From: Candidatus Eiseniibacteriota bacterium
GTDB taxonomy: Bacteria > Eisenbacteria > RBG-16-71-46 > CAZAMP01
DNA: 64,000 nt
Reading direction: 5' to 3'
Assembly (NCBI GenBank): GCA_965224245.1
Contig: OZ245046.1
Span: 5,184,001 to 5,248,000 of the forward strand
Both the position numbers and the translations under genes were made by a program. Positions 1 to 9,828 of this stretch are shown piece after piece; within the stretch, counting starts at the first letter, position 1; each line of letters begins with the position of its first letter. The notes under the pieces are model-generated. The model was not told the DNA's origin. It made no database searches and saw only the letters and a list, made by a program, of their open reading frames with translations.

Positions 1-843
1 GACCAGCGCGCCCGCCGGCGTGTCACCGCAGCGATCGAGGCCGTCGAAGATGCCGTCGCCGTCGCTGTCGAACGGGCAGCCGTCCGCGCTCACGACCGCA
101 CCGCGAGGCGTATCGACACAGGCATCGAGTCCGTCGGGGACGCCGTCCCGGTCGCTGTCGATCGGACAGCCGGCGGCGTCGACCACCGCGCCGAGCGGTG
201 TGTCGGGGCACTCGTCCTTGTGGTCCTTGACGCCGTCGCCGTCGGTATCGGTGCCCGAGGCTCCGAACGCGAACGTGAGTCCGGCGGTGAACAGGAAGTT
301 GTGGTCGTCGGAGTCCGAGCCGGGGATCCACTGAACGGGCTGGCTGACCACGTCGCGGGCGTCGAAGCGCAGGTCGGCTCGGACGCCGCCGGTCTCGCCG
401 AGGCGCACCTTCAGGCCGCCGCCGGCCTCCCACCCCTTCATGACGTAGCGCGTGCCGCCGACGACGTCGTTCTCGAACGCGCTGTCGTGGGTGAGCTGGG
501 CCCATCCCCCGATGATGTATGGGTTGATGGTGGAGTGCGGGCGGAGGCTCACCATCAGATCGACGCCGACGTGCTCCATGTCGGTCTTCCAAGCATCTCC
601 GTAGTTCGTCTCGGTCTCCTCGAGTCCGTAGGTGGCCTCGATGCCGACGACGTGCAAGAAGTTGATGCCGGCCCGACCGCCGAACAGGATCTCGTCCGCC
701 AGGTCGAAGTCGTCATCCCACATCGACGTCCCCACGTAAGGGGACAAGGTCACGTGTGGTCCTCGGATCTCGGCCCCGGCCGTCGAGACGACCAGAGAGA
801 TCCCCAGGATCGAGCAGGCAGCCGCACGCTGGAGTGGGCGCAT
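1..843 (-). CDS. OmpA-family outer membrane protein: beta-barrel plus thrombospondin type-3 (Ca-binding) repeats; runs off the left edge
   Basis: Not in the ORF track; translated by hand from ATG at 843 (GGAGG RBS upstream): MRPLQRAAACSILGISLVVSTAGA signal peptide, barrel strands ending ...FTAGLTFAFG, then repeated DxDxDGVxDxxDxCPDTP units. Confidence 0.85.
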   Translation of the reverse strand, partial: MRPLQRAAACSILGISLVVSTAGAEIRGPHVTLSPYVGTSMWDDDFDLADEILFGGRAGINFLHVVGIEATYGLEETETNYGDAWKTDMEHVGVDLMVSLRPHSTINPYIIGGWAQLTHDSAFENDVVGGTRYVMKGWEAGGGLKVRLGETGGVRADLRFDARDVVSQPVQWIPGSDSDDHNFLFTAGLTFAFGASGTDTDGDGVKDHKDECPDTPLGAVVDAAGCPIDSDRDGVPDGLDACVDTPRGAVVSADGCPFDSDGDGIFDGLDRCGDTPAGALV

Positions 844-1169
844 GGGTTCCCTCCCGGAACGTTTGGCATCTCCGTCGCGACGTGACGTCCGTGTCAACGT
901 ATTGAACCGCAACGAGATAGTATGACATGAGTCGCCCAGCTTGGCGCCTGCATGCTAATCGACCGCCCGGGTCGGCGAAAGTCACATTCGTTTTTCTGGC
1001 CGACCACGTCAGGACCGTGTGACCCGGCGACGCTCGCCGGGTCTGTTCATCAGCGCACCCGCTGCTTTCCGGTGTGCGTCGCGCGTCTGTGATTCCGATG
1101 TGAACCGCGGTCCGTCCCGTGACGGACGACACCGGGCCCCGGGGGTGGGGCCCCGAGGATGGTCAACCC

Positions 1170-1922
1170 ATGTTGGGACGGCTCACGAACGTCCTCAGCG
1201 CGTTGTTCGTGGTCGCGCTCACGGCATGCGGCGTCGCGATGGTGTACGTGGGGTACTCCTCACATGCCGTGATCGAGCAGGGGCTCGAGCGCGCGCTCGG
1301 TGTCGACGCCAGGATCGACGAGGTCGACTACCGACCGCTCTCGCGCCAGCTTCATCTACAGGCCCTGGGGGTCTCGAACCCACGCGGGTACGGCGGCGAA
1401 CATCTCCTCCGGATCGCCGAGGGGTACTGCGAGGTATCTCCCGGCGACCTGGGGCGAAACGTGGTCACGGTACCGAGGCTGACCCTGAACGGGCTGGATC
1501 TCGTCGTCGAGCAGAGCGGTGTCACCACCAACGCCCAGGAGGTCCTCGCGACCGTGAGTGCGGGCACCGCGCGGCTCGATGACCCACGCCTGCGGCTGCT
1601 CATCGGCTCGTTCGTCGCGAACGACGTGGTCGCGCGCGTGTCGCTCGACGGGCCGGCGGCGCCCCTGATCGTCAGTGACGCGTCGCGGTGGGCGCCCGGC
1701 GAAGGTCGGCGGCCGGAACCGTCTCCCGACGGACTCGAGGCCACGGTGAGGCTCGGGCGCATCCAGCTGGCCAACCTCGGTGGTGCCGAGGGAATCGGGA
1801 TCGGCGAGCTGTGCGCGCTCCTCCTCGAGACGCTGCTCGAGCGTCTCGAGTCGAGGGGCATTCCGCTGCCGCGGCCGGACGTCGTCGCCGGCGTCGCCGG
1901 CCCCGAGGGGGTACCCGGCTAG
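1170..1922 (+). CDS. AsmA-like membrane-anchored hypothetical protein
   Basis: N-terminal TM helix, then 'ERALGVDARIDEV...LGVSNPRGY...LTLNGLDLVVEQ...TN' resembling AsmA N-terminal regions; start could be 1119. Confidence 0.55.
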   Translation: MLGRLTNVLSALFVVALTACGVAMVYVGYSSHAVIEQGLERALGVDARIDEVDYRPLSRQLHLQALGVSNPRGYGGEHLLRIAEGYCEVSPGDLGRNVVTVPRLTLNGLDLVVEQSGVTTNAQEVLATVSAGTARLDDPRLRLLIGSFVANDVVARVSLDGPAAPLIVSDASRWAPGEGRRPEPSPDGLEATVRLGRIQLANLGGAEGIGIGELCALLLETLLERLESRGIPLPRPDVVAGVAGPEGVPG

Positions 1923-1966
1923 CGCCGGACCACCGGGATCCGACGGCGTGAGCGTCTCGACGATCT

Positions 1967-3361
1967 CTACACGTCGAACGACTGGCCGCGCCGGGCCACC
2001 GTGACCCGGGAGAAGCCCTGGTCGCGCATCGCCTCGGCGAGCGGCTCGGACTGGTCGGCCTCGCCGTGCACGAGGAACGCGTGCCGGCAGCTCGTCGCCG
2101 ACGGGGCGGCGAACTCCAGAAGGCCCTGCCGGTCGGCGTGGCCGGACAGGCCGTTGATCGCGACCACCGATGCCCGGAGCCGGTGCGGCCGCCCGAAGAT
2201 CTTGACCTCGGGCGTTCGCTCCAGGATGCGCCGGCCGAGCGTGTGGGCGGCCTGGTACCCCACGAACAGGATCGTGGTCCGGGGATCCTCGATGTTGTTC
2301 CGGAGGTGGTGAAGGATGCGGCCGGCCTCGCACATGCCGTTTCCGGCCAGGATGATCATCGGCTCGTCACGGTCGTTCAGCGCCTTGCTCTCGTCGGTGA
2401 GCCGGATGTACCGGAGACCCGGAAAGAAGAACGGGCTCTTCTTCTTCACGTAGAGGTCCGATACGTCGGCGTCGAACGCCTCGGGATGGAGTCGGAACAC
2501 CTGGGTGATGTCGGCCGTCAACGGGCTGTCCACGAACATCGGGATCTCCGGAATGCGACCGGCCTCCCGGAGCTCGCGAATGGTGAAGATCACCTCCTGG
2601 GCACGCTCGAGCGCGAACGACGGGATCAGGATCTTGCCGCCGCGCTCGACGGTGCGATTGATGGCGTCGGCGAAGACGCTCGCCGTGGATGCGTACGGCT
2701 CGTGGGTGCGGTTGCCGTAGGTCGACTCCATGATGAGCACGTCGGCATCCCAGGCCGGGACCGGATCATCCAGAAGCGGCGTCACCGAGCGGCCGACGTC
2801 ACCGGAGAACACGAGGCGGGTCGGCGTGCCGCCCCCCTCCTGCACCGTCATCACGATGCTCGAGGAGCCGAGGACGTGCGCGGCGTCCCGGAACGTGATC
2901 TCGACGCCGTCGGCGATCCGGAGCGGGATCTCGTAGCCGACGGTCACGAAGCGGCCGACCGTCTTCATGGCGTCCCGCGGCGTGTAGAGCGGCTCGATCC
3001 GGCTCGCCTTCCACTTCCTGGCGTGACGGTTGAACCACTTCGCGTCGTTCACCTGGATGTGTGCGCTGTCGGCGAGCATCACCGCCGACAGGTCACGCGT
3101 GGCGTCGGTGGCGTAGATCAGACCCTCGAAGCCCCGGGCGACGAGGCCCGGCAGGTTTCCGGTGTGGTCGATGTGCGCGTGGGAGAGCACCACGCCGTCG
3201 ATCGAGGCGGGATCGAAGCCGAAGTCACGATTGCGCTGGTTCGCCTCGGCCCGGCGGCCCTGGTACAGGCCGCAGTCGAGCAGGATGCGCGTGCCGTTCG
3301 CCTCGACCAGATGCATCGACCCGGTGACGCATCCCGCCGCTCCGAAGAAGTGAACCTTCAT
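1967..3361 (-). CDS. MBL-fold metallo-hydrolase, beta-CASP ribonuclease family
   Basis: VTGS, DCG, SHAHIDH, HVLGS, FSGD, MESTYG, SGHAD, LVHGE motifs. Confidence 0.92.
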   Translation of the reverse strand: MKVHFFGAAGCVTGSMHLVEANGTRILLDCGLYQGRRAEANQRNRDFGFDPASIDGVVLSHAHIDHTGNLPGLVARGFEGLIYATDATRDLSAVMLADSAHIQVNDAKWFNRHARKWKASRIEPLYTPRDAMKTVGRFVTVGYEIPLRIADGVEITFRDAAHVLGSSSIVMTVQEGGGTPTRLVFSGDVGRSVTPLLDDPVPAWDADVLIMESTYGNRTHEPYASTASVFADAINRTVERGGKILIPSFALERAQEVIFTIRELREAGRIPEIPMFVDSPLTADITQVFRLHPEAFDADVSDLYVKKKSPFFFPGLRYIRLTDESKALNDRDEPMIILAGNGMCEAGRILHHLRNNIEDPRTTILFVGYQAAHTLGRRILERTPEVKIFGRPHRLRASVVAINGLSGHADRQGLLEFAAPSATSCRHAFLVHGEADQSEPLAEAMRDQGFSRVTVARRGQSFDV

Positions 3362-3487
3362 GGCGTCCCCGAACGAGTGCGCGTGCGGGCCGCACCGGGA
3401 GAGGGTCTGACCGGTGCGCGGACTGCCGGCGAGGCCGCCGCCGGCCGTGCTCCCGAGCGAACACGGCCGAGCGGTGCCTGGACGCGG

Positions 3488-3991
3488 CTACATCGAGAGT
3501 GGATAGTCGATCGAGTCGCCCATGAGCGCGGGGACCTTCGCCCCCATGATGCGCAGGTAGGTCGTGAGCTGGCCGCGATGGTGGATGAGGTGATCGTGGC
3601 TCCACTCGAGAAACGTGACGGCCGGGAACTCGCCGTAGTTGAAGAACGCGATGGGCTTGGCGAGCTGCTCGCCGGAAAGGCTCTTGGACAGGCCCAGCAT
3701 CTGCTCGTGCATCCCGTTGCAGGCGTCGAGAAGCGCCGCCTTGGTCGTGGGGACATCGACCGTCGGGGTCTCGCCGAACTCGGCCTTGCCCGCCTTCATG
3801 ATCCCGCCGAACCAGAGGTTCGTCCCGTAGATGTGGTGGGCCAGCTCGGCGAACGGGCGGAGCCCGTCGTGGGGCGTGTAGGTGAGCTTCTCGTCCGGCA
3901 CGTGCTCGATCACCGCGCACATGCCCTTGTGGTCGGCGTTGAGCGTGTCGAGGAGCTTGTCGCGCAGCGCGGCGGCTTCTTGCGGGGTCAT
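3488..3991 (-). CDS. DinB/YfiT family protein
   Basis: ELAHHI and HLIHHRGQLTTYLR motifs; start at MTPQEAA after a GGAG RBS. Confidence 0.88.
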   Translation of the reverse strand: MTPQEAAALRDKLLDTLNADHKGMCAVIEHVPDEKLTYTPHDGLRPFAELAHHIYGTNLWFGGIMKAGKAEFGETPTVDVPTTKAALLDACNGMHEQMLGLSKSLSGEQLAKPIAFFNYGEFPAVTFLEWSHDHLIHHRGQLTTYLRIMGAKVPALMGDSIDYPLSM

Positions 3992-4145
3992 GGCTTCGTC
4001 TCCAGGTTGAGAATGCGTGGTCCATCCGGCCCGTCGGCGGGGGATTCTACGAGCTTTGACCGGTCGCGTCGAGCACGAGGATTCGAGGGACCGGGGGAGT
4101 GGTCGCACCCGGAACGCGACCACTCGGAGGGTCGGCGTCCCTGCT

Positions 4146-7100
4146 TCACTTCAGCAGCAGCATCGATCGCGTCAGCCGCTCGTGCTCGGTATGCAGCTCG
4201 TAGTAGTACATGCCGCTGGCCGCCGCGTCGCCGGAACGATCCCGGCCATCCCAGACGACCATGCGTTTGCCGGCGAGGACGGTCTCGTCGACGAGTCGGA
4301 TGACCAGACGTCCCGACACGTCGAACACGGACAGTCGAACGTGCATCGTGCGAGGCACCACGAAGCCGATCCGTGTCGAGGGGTTGAACGGGTTCGGTGC
4401 GTTCGGCAACAGCTGCGGCCGCGCGGACACCGTCGGTGCCGACGTGTCGACGCCGACGATGAAATCGTCTCCGACGCGGACGTCGTCGACGTACCAGCCC
4501 TCCCCCGGGGTCAGTGTCTCGTCGGCGGCGAACACGAACCGACAGTGCAGCGTGTCGTCGAGGAACGCCGCCAGGGCGAACCGCACCGGCTCGAAGTCGT
4601 GCGAGCCGCTGAACAGACCGGTGCCGGCGCCGAGCGGCCCCGTGTAGTCGGCGGGCGTCGAGTACGGGTACCCACCCACTGGGTTCAGGATCGACCAGGA
4701 CTGCCCGTCGTCGGTGCTCACCTCGACCCGACCCCCGTGCGTGGCCTCGGAATCGAGACCGTTCGCGGCATCGATGAAGTGCTGGAACACCAGGTACTGA
4801 TCGGGCTGCACCACGACCGGCGGCATGCGCAGGATGGAGTAGTTCAGCGGGGAGTACGGCCCGGTGCCGAAGCCGCCGCACTTGAACGACGAGTCGCCCT
4901 CGGCGGTCGCGTTCCGGGCGCCGGACATGTGCCACTCGTCGAGACGGTCCACGTCGCCGGCCTCGTGCGTCCAAGCGCCCTGGCCGAACTCGAAATCATC
5001 GTCGAACCCCGCCAGAAGCTCGAGATCGATCGTCAGCGTGCTGTCCGACAGCACGCCCACGCCGCGGACGTGACGCGGACCGAACCCGGCTCCCGCCACG
5101 CGAACGTCGTAGGTGGCCACCGGTACCGATCCCAGGAGATAGGCGCCCTCGGTGTTCGTCGTGTCCTCCACCGCGATCGAGGTCAGGCGGACGTCGATCC
5201 CCGACGTCGGCGACCCGAAGGTCGTGATCGTGCCCGCGACGGCGCCGAGCGGCAGCGCCCGGAGACCGACCGGCTGGTAGAGCATCTCGTCGGTCGCGAT
5301 GACGACGTCGAGTGTATCGGGGATGTCGCCGGCGACGTCGTAGGCGATCTGATGGACGGTTCCCGCCGAGATGAAGAGCTCGTACGACCCATCGGCATCG
5401 CTCATGACCTCCAGCCCGCTGTTCAGGTCGATCACGCGTCCGACGAGCGGACCGGCGTCGGCCGCGTCGACGACCTCCACGCGCAGGTTCCGGAATCCGA
5501 TCTGCCCCCCGACGCCGCCCGTGGATCGGGCCTGCGCGATCAGGTACGCCTCGGTCAGGTCCTCGGCCGGGAACGAGCCACCGAGCGCGGTGCCGTTGTC
5601 GGTGCCGTACGCGATGGCGGCTCCGTAGGGGCCGCCGTTGACCGACAGCGAGACCATGCCGCCCGTGGTATCGCTGGGTACGAGCCGGAGATCGAAGCTG
5701 AACGTCGGAGGCGCGAGCAGCGCCGGACCGAGCGCCCCGGCGATCGCCGCGTCGAAGTCGCCGGCGGCGGCCACGTGCCCCGTGTCGCTGAGCGCGTACC
5801 GGACGAACACCGCCTGGTCGAACAGGTCCGACGGGTCGCCGGTGATGATGAGCGCCGAGTCGCGCTGGGCGGCCGAGACGAGCCCGAACTCGACGACGGT
5901 GGAGTCGACGTCGGACACGTCGAAGAGATCGACCGTCCCGCTCACGTACACGGTGTCGGCGGCCTGGGCGTCGACGGGCACGCTCGCCAGGCGATGGTCG
6001 TGGACCGTGCCGTCCGGATCCACGACGAGCGTGTCGTTCAGGAGCGTGACCACGCCCGTGACCGAACGTAGCCGACCGGCGAGAGTGGCCTGCGGGAGCT
6101 TGATCAGACCCATCGGCTGATAAAGCGTGTCGCGATGGGCCAGGTCGACGTTCGCGAACTCGGTGGGGAAGCCATCTCGCTCGTACGAGATCGTGAGCTC
6201 GAGAAGACCCGGCACCTCGAGCGAGTAGTAGCCGTCGGCGTCGGCCAGCGTGGTCGCGAGCGCGCCGAGGGTCTGGATGCGCGCCGGAAGGCCCTCACCG
6301 TACCCCGGGCGCACGGCCTCGGCCCGCACGTTGCGGAACGTCACCGACCCCCCGGCTCCGCCGACTCCGCGAAGCTGGGCGACGAGGAAGCTCGACGTCA
6401 GGTCCTCGACCGGGAACGAGCCACCGAGGGCCGTGCCGTTGTCGACGCCGTAGGTGATGGGATCACCGTACGCGCCGCCGTCGATGGCCAGCGCCGCGGT
6501 GCCTCCACCACCCGGGGCGGGGATGAGCCGGAGATCGAACGTGAACGTCGGCGAGGCCGGTTGTCCGACGCCGACCCCTCCCGGGAGCGCGGCGTCGAAG
6601 TCGCCGGGAGCCGCGACGCGTCCCGTGTCGGTGAGCGCGTACCTCACGAACACGGCCTGATCGAACATGTCCGACGGTGTGCCCGTGATCACCAGCGCCG
6701 AGTCGCGCTGAGCCTCGGTGATGAGCCCGAACTCCACGACGGTGGAATCGAGGTCGGCCACGTCGTGCAGCGTCACGTTGCCCCGCACGTACACCGTGTC
6801 CGGTGACTGGGCGTCGAACGGCACGTCGCCGATCACGTAGTCGTACGCCGACCCGCCGTCGGGATCCACGCTCAACGTGCTGTCCGGCAGCGAGACCGCG
6901 GCCGAGACGGCGCGCACGCGCCCGCTGATCACCGCGCGGGGACGCTGCTCGAGAGCGAACGTGACCGGCAGCGTCTCCTCGTAGTCGACGCTCACGTGCA
7001 GCGTGTCGGGAAAGCACTGCGGAGCCGACACGATCAGCGTGCGCGGCTCGTACGCCTGGATGGGGATGCTCAGATCCCCGTTCCCGTCGGCCAGAAACGT

Positions 7101-9446
7101 CTCGCTCGTCTCGAACACGTCGACCGTTGCCTGGAGCGAGTGGCCCCAGCCGGGATCGATCGTGCCCGCGCGCACGTTGCGGAAGACCACCGAGGCCTTC
7201 TCGCCGTCCGCCGGGGTCCGGAGCTGCGCGAGGAGGTATGCCTCGCTCAGGTCCTCGGGCGGGTACGACCCGCCGAGCGCGGTTCCGTTGTTGACGCCGT
7301 AGGGATGGCCGGCGCCGTACGGGCCGCCGTCGATGGACAGATAGGCCATGCCGCCGGCCGGACCGTCCGGAACGAGGCGCAACGAGAACGAGAACGCGCC
7401 CTCGACGGGCACCGCCTCGCCCGCGCCGCCGGTGATGAAGGCGGAGTAGTCGCCCGGGCTGGCCACGCGTCCCGAGTCGCTGACCGCGACGCGCATGAAA
7501 ACGGATTGATCGAACATGCGAGACGCGATGCCGGTGGTGACCAGCGCCGAGTCGCGCGCGGCCCGGGTGATGAGGCCGAACTCGACGACCGCGGTGTCCA
7601 CGCGCGTCGCGCTGTTGAGCAGGATCTCGCCGGTCACGTAGGCCTCGCCGGTGTCCTGAGCGTCGATGGGGTCGGTCGAGATGCGGTAGTCGTAGAGCGT
7701 CCCCAGGGCCGGGTCGACGGCGAGGACGGCGTCAGGCAGCTTGGTCATCTCGGTCAGCGCGCGCGTGGGGCCGGCCACGGTGCCGGTGATGGCGCCGGTG
7801 GTGATCAGCGCCTCGTACGCGTTCACGCGGCCGTATCCGTAGTAGATGTCGAAGCCCGGAGTGTCCTCGGCCGGATCGCCCACCTGGTCCTCGGCCGAGA
7901 AGCGCAGCACGTCCAGGACCTGCGCGTTGGTGAGCGTCGGGGCGACCGACCACACCAGCGCGGCCACGCCGGTCACGATGGGGGCGGCGAAGGACGTTCC
8001 GGAGCGGATCATGTAGTCACCGGGGTCGGTCCCGAACGAGCCCGAGATGTCGGCCACCTGGATCAGGATGCCGGGCGCCACGACGTCGAGTTCGGGTCCG
8101 AAGTTCGACGCGGCGCCGTAGACCACCTCGCACGTCTCGTCGTCGGACTGTGCGCGCGTGTCGCAGGGCGTGCTCATGCCCACCGCGACCGTCGTCGAGT
8201 AGGCCGCCGGGTACTCGATGAACGGGTCACCTCCGTTGCCGGCCGACGCGACCGTGAGGCAGCCCGCGTTGGCGGCGTTCTCGCAAGCGGTGCGGATGCC
8301 GGGATCGTCCACGTCGGCCTTCCACGAGAGGTTGATCACGACGTTGTCGAACGCACCCTTCCAGCTCGCGGAGTAGTTGATCGCGTCGGCGCGCGAGGCG
8401 AGCCCGCTGGCCGCGAAGCTGACACGCAGCGGCAGGCCGGTGCATTCCGGTGAGACTCCGGTCATCCCGAGACCGTTGTCGGCGTGGGCCAGCGGCAGGC
8501 TCGCGACCGACGTGCCGTGCCAGTCGCCGAAGAGGTTGAACGGTCCCCCCGTGGAGTCGGGATTGTCGAACGACCAGTCGTGGCCCGGCGGTCGTTCGAG
8601 GAACGCGCCCTCCAGGTCGGGGTGGGTGACCTCGCATCCCTCGTCCACGATCGCGATCAGCACGAGCGAGTCGCCGCGCGTCATCTCCCAGGCCGGCAGG
8701 TACTCGATGTCGGCGCCGACGGTGCCGCCGAACTGGCCGGTGTTCTCGAGCGCCCACTGGTCGGGGAACAGCGGATCGTCGGGGGCGACGAGCCGATCAT
8801 CCTCGCTGCCGAGGACGTCGGGACACGCGAAGTCGACGTCGTCGCGATCGTTGAAGCGAGAGACCGCGCCGAACACGTCCATCGTGGCGGGCAAGCCGAC
8901 CCGGTAGTACCCGGGGGTCCAGAAGTCGTGAAGGACGGCGCATCCGAGGGCGGCGAGGCGCGTGCGTGCGTCGGCATCCGAGACCGACCGATCGAACTGC
9001 ACGATGATCTGACCGGGTGCGGCATGCACGGTCTTGCCGCGATCGGTGACCAGGGCCACGTGAACGCGCGTCGACCGCCCGGCGTCCCGCGACGCCGCAC
9101 CGCGAATGCCGGAGGCGACGTCGGACGCGCCGCGGCGCTCGGTCGGGCTCGCGTTCGTGCGGTAGGCGCCGAGCCGCATGCCTTCCACGTACGGACGGAC
9201 CGGGGTCAGGCCCCACGTCTCGGCGAACGCGGCCCGGTCGGCGTCGGTCCACTCGCCGTCGAAGCGCACGACGATCTCGTCGGAGGAGGGGGCGAAGCGG
9301 TGCTCGATCCGGAACCGGGCATCGGTGTACGTCAACGCGCGCTCGGCGGTGACGGCGGCGACCACGCCGGTGACGACGCCGGCGATCGCGCCCACGCAGA
9401 GGATCGTTCGAAAGGTGTTGCCGAGGGACGCGCGAGCGTTTCGCAT
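4146..9446 (-). CDS. Exported S8 (subtilisin-like) serine peptidase with three ~280-aa internal repeats, carboxypeptidase-regulatory-like domains and FlgD-Ig/T9SS-like CTD
   Basis: Triad motifs IVDEG, HGTSVAS, GTSFAAP; ASAGN oxyanion motif; C-terminal PNPFNPST...WDGRD...SGMYY; start uncertain. Confidence 0.88.
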   Translation of the reverse strand: MRNARASLGNTFRTILCVGAIAGVVTGVVAAVTAERALTYTDARFRIEHRFAPSSDEIVVRFDGEWTDADRAAFAETWGLTPVRPYVEGMRLGAYRTNASPTERRGASDVASGIRGAASRDAGRSTRVHVALVTDRGKTVHAAPGQIIVQFDRSVSDADARTRLAALGCAVLHDFWTPGYYRVGLPATMDVFGAVSRFNDRDDVDFACPDVLGSEDDRLVAPDDPLFPDQWALENTGQFGGTVGADIEYLPAWEMTRGDSLVLIAIVDEGCEVTHPDLEGAFLERPPGHDWSFDNPDSTGGPFNLFGDWHGTSVASLPLAHADNGLGMTGVSPECTGLPLRVSFAASGLASRADAINYSASWKGAFDNVVINLSWKADVDDPGIRTACENAANAGCLTVASAGNGGDPFIEYPAAYSTTVAVGMSTPCDTRAQSDDETCEVVYGAASNFGPELDVVAPGILIQVADISGSFGTDPGDYMIRSGTSFAAPIVTGVAALVWSVAPTLTNAQVLDVLRFSAEDQVGDPAEDTPGFDIYYGYGRVNAYEALITTGAITGTVAGPTRALTEMTKLPDAVLAVDPALGTLYDYRISTDPIDAQDTGEAYVTGEILLNSATRVDTAVVEFGLITRAARDSALVTTGIASRMFDQSVFMRVAVSDSGRVASPGDYSAFITGGAGEAVPVEGAFSFSLRLVPDGPAGGMAYLSIDGGPYGAGHPYGVNNGTALGGSYPPEDLSEAYLLAQLRTPADGEKASVVFRNVRAGTIDPGWGHSLQATVDVFETSETFLADGNGDLSIPIQAYEPRTLIVSAPQCFPDTLHVSVDYEETLPVTFALEQRPRAVISGRVRAVSAAVSLPDSTLSVDPDGGSAYDYVIGDVPFDAQSPDTVYVRGNVTLHDVADLDSTVVEFGLITEAQRDSALVITGTPSDMFDQAVFVRYALTDTGRVAAPGDFDAALPGGVGVGQPASPTFTFDLRLIPAPGGGGTAALAIDGGAYGDPITYGVDNGTALGGSFPVEDLTSSFLVAQLRGVGGAGGSVTFRNVRAEAVRPGYGEGLPARIQTLGALATTLADADGYYSLEVPGLLELTISYERDGFPTEFANVDLAHRDTLYQPMGLIKLPQATLAGRLRSVTGVVTLLNDTLVVDPDGTVHDHRLASVPVDAQAADTVYVSGTVDLFDVSDVDSTVVEFGLVSAAQRDSALIITGDPSDLFDQAVFVRYALSDTGHVAAAGDFDAAIAGALGPALLAPPTFSFDLRLVPSDTTGGMVSLSVNGGPYGAAIAYGTDNGTALGGSFPAEDLTEAYLIAQARSTGGVGGQIGFRNLRVEVVDAADAGPLVGRVIDLNSGLEVMSDADGSYELFISAGTVHQIAYDVAGDIPDTLDVVIATDEMLYQPVGLRALPLGAVAGTITTFGSPTSGIDVRLTSIAVEDTTNTEGAYLLGSVPVATYDVRVAGAGFGPRHVRGVGVLSDSTLTIDLELLAGFDDDFEFGQGAWTHEAGDVDRLDEWHMSGARNATAEGDSSFKCGGFGTGPYSPLNYSILRMPPVVVQPDQYLVFQHFIDAANGLDSEATHGGRVEVSTDDGQSWSILNPVGGYPYSTPADYTGPLGAGTGLFSGSHDFEPVRFALAAFLDDTLHCRFVFAADETLTPGEGWYVDDVRVGDDFIVGVDTSAPTVSARPQLLPNAPNPFNPSTRIGFVVPRTMHVRLSVFDVSGRLVIRLVDETVLAGKRMVVWDGRDRSGDAAASGMYYYELHTEHERLTRSMLLLK

Positions 9447-9828
9447 CTGGGGCCGTGGCCTCCTCCGGACGTCACGCAGTGCTGCCGGCGCGCCGAAGCA
9501 CGCCGAACATCGGTGCAAACCCAGTCATGTGCTCGGTAGAGGAGCGGTGGACCGGTCGGGCGGGCGCGCCACGTCCACTATGCCTCTGAGGGACCACCGA
9601 ACGAGCGAGCGACCAGACGATGACCTGCTCAACGTTGCGAATGATATCACGAGCGGCGATCGGGACTCAAACGCGCCCGGGTTTCCAAGTCGTTCCCCGG
9701 CAACGAATTGGCCGAGCCGAGCCGAAGCCCGTTCTCATCCCGGGGACGGCAAGGCCCGGATCGACCGCGTTTACGCCGCTCGCCCCGACCCGTAAGATCG
9801 GCCGGACGCCGCGCCCGAGGGAGATTCC

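Noticed and set aside
2066-4303. Long alternative-frame ORFs (e.g. 2066-4303 +, 4017-6071 +, 11608-14439 -, 37093-39072 -, 40140-42473 -)
   Set aside because: Shadow ORFs of real genes, caused by stop-codon scarcity at high GC; Arg/Pro/Gly-rich or antisense-patterned with no motifs.
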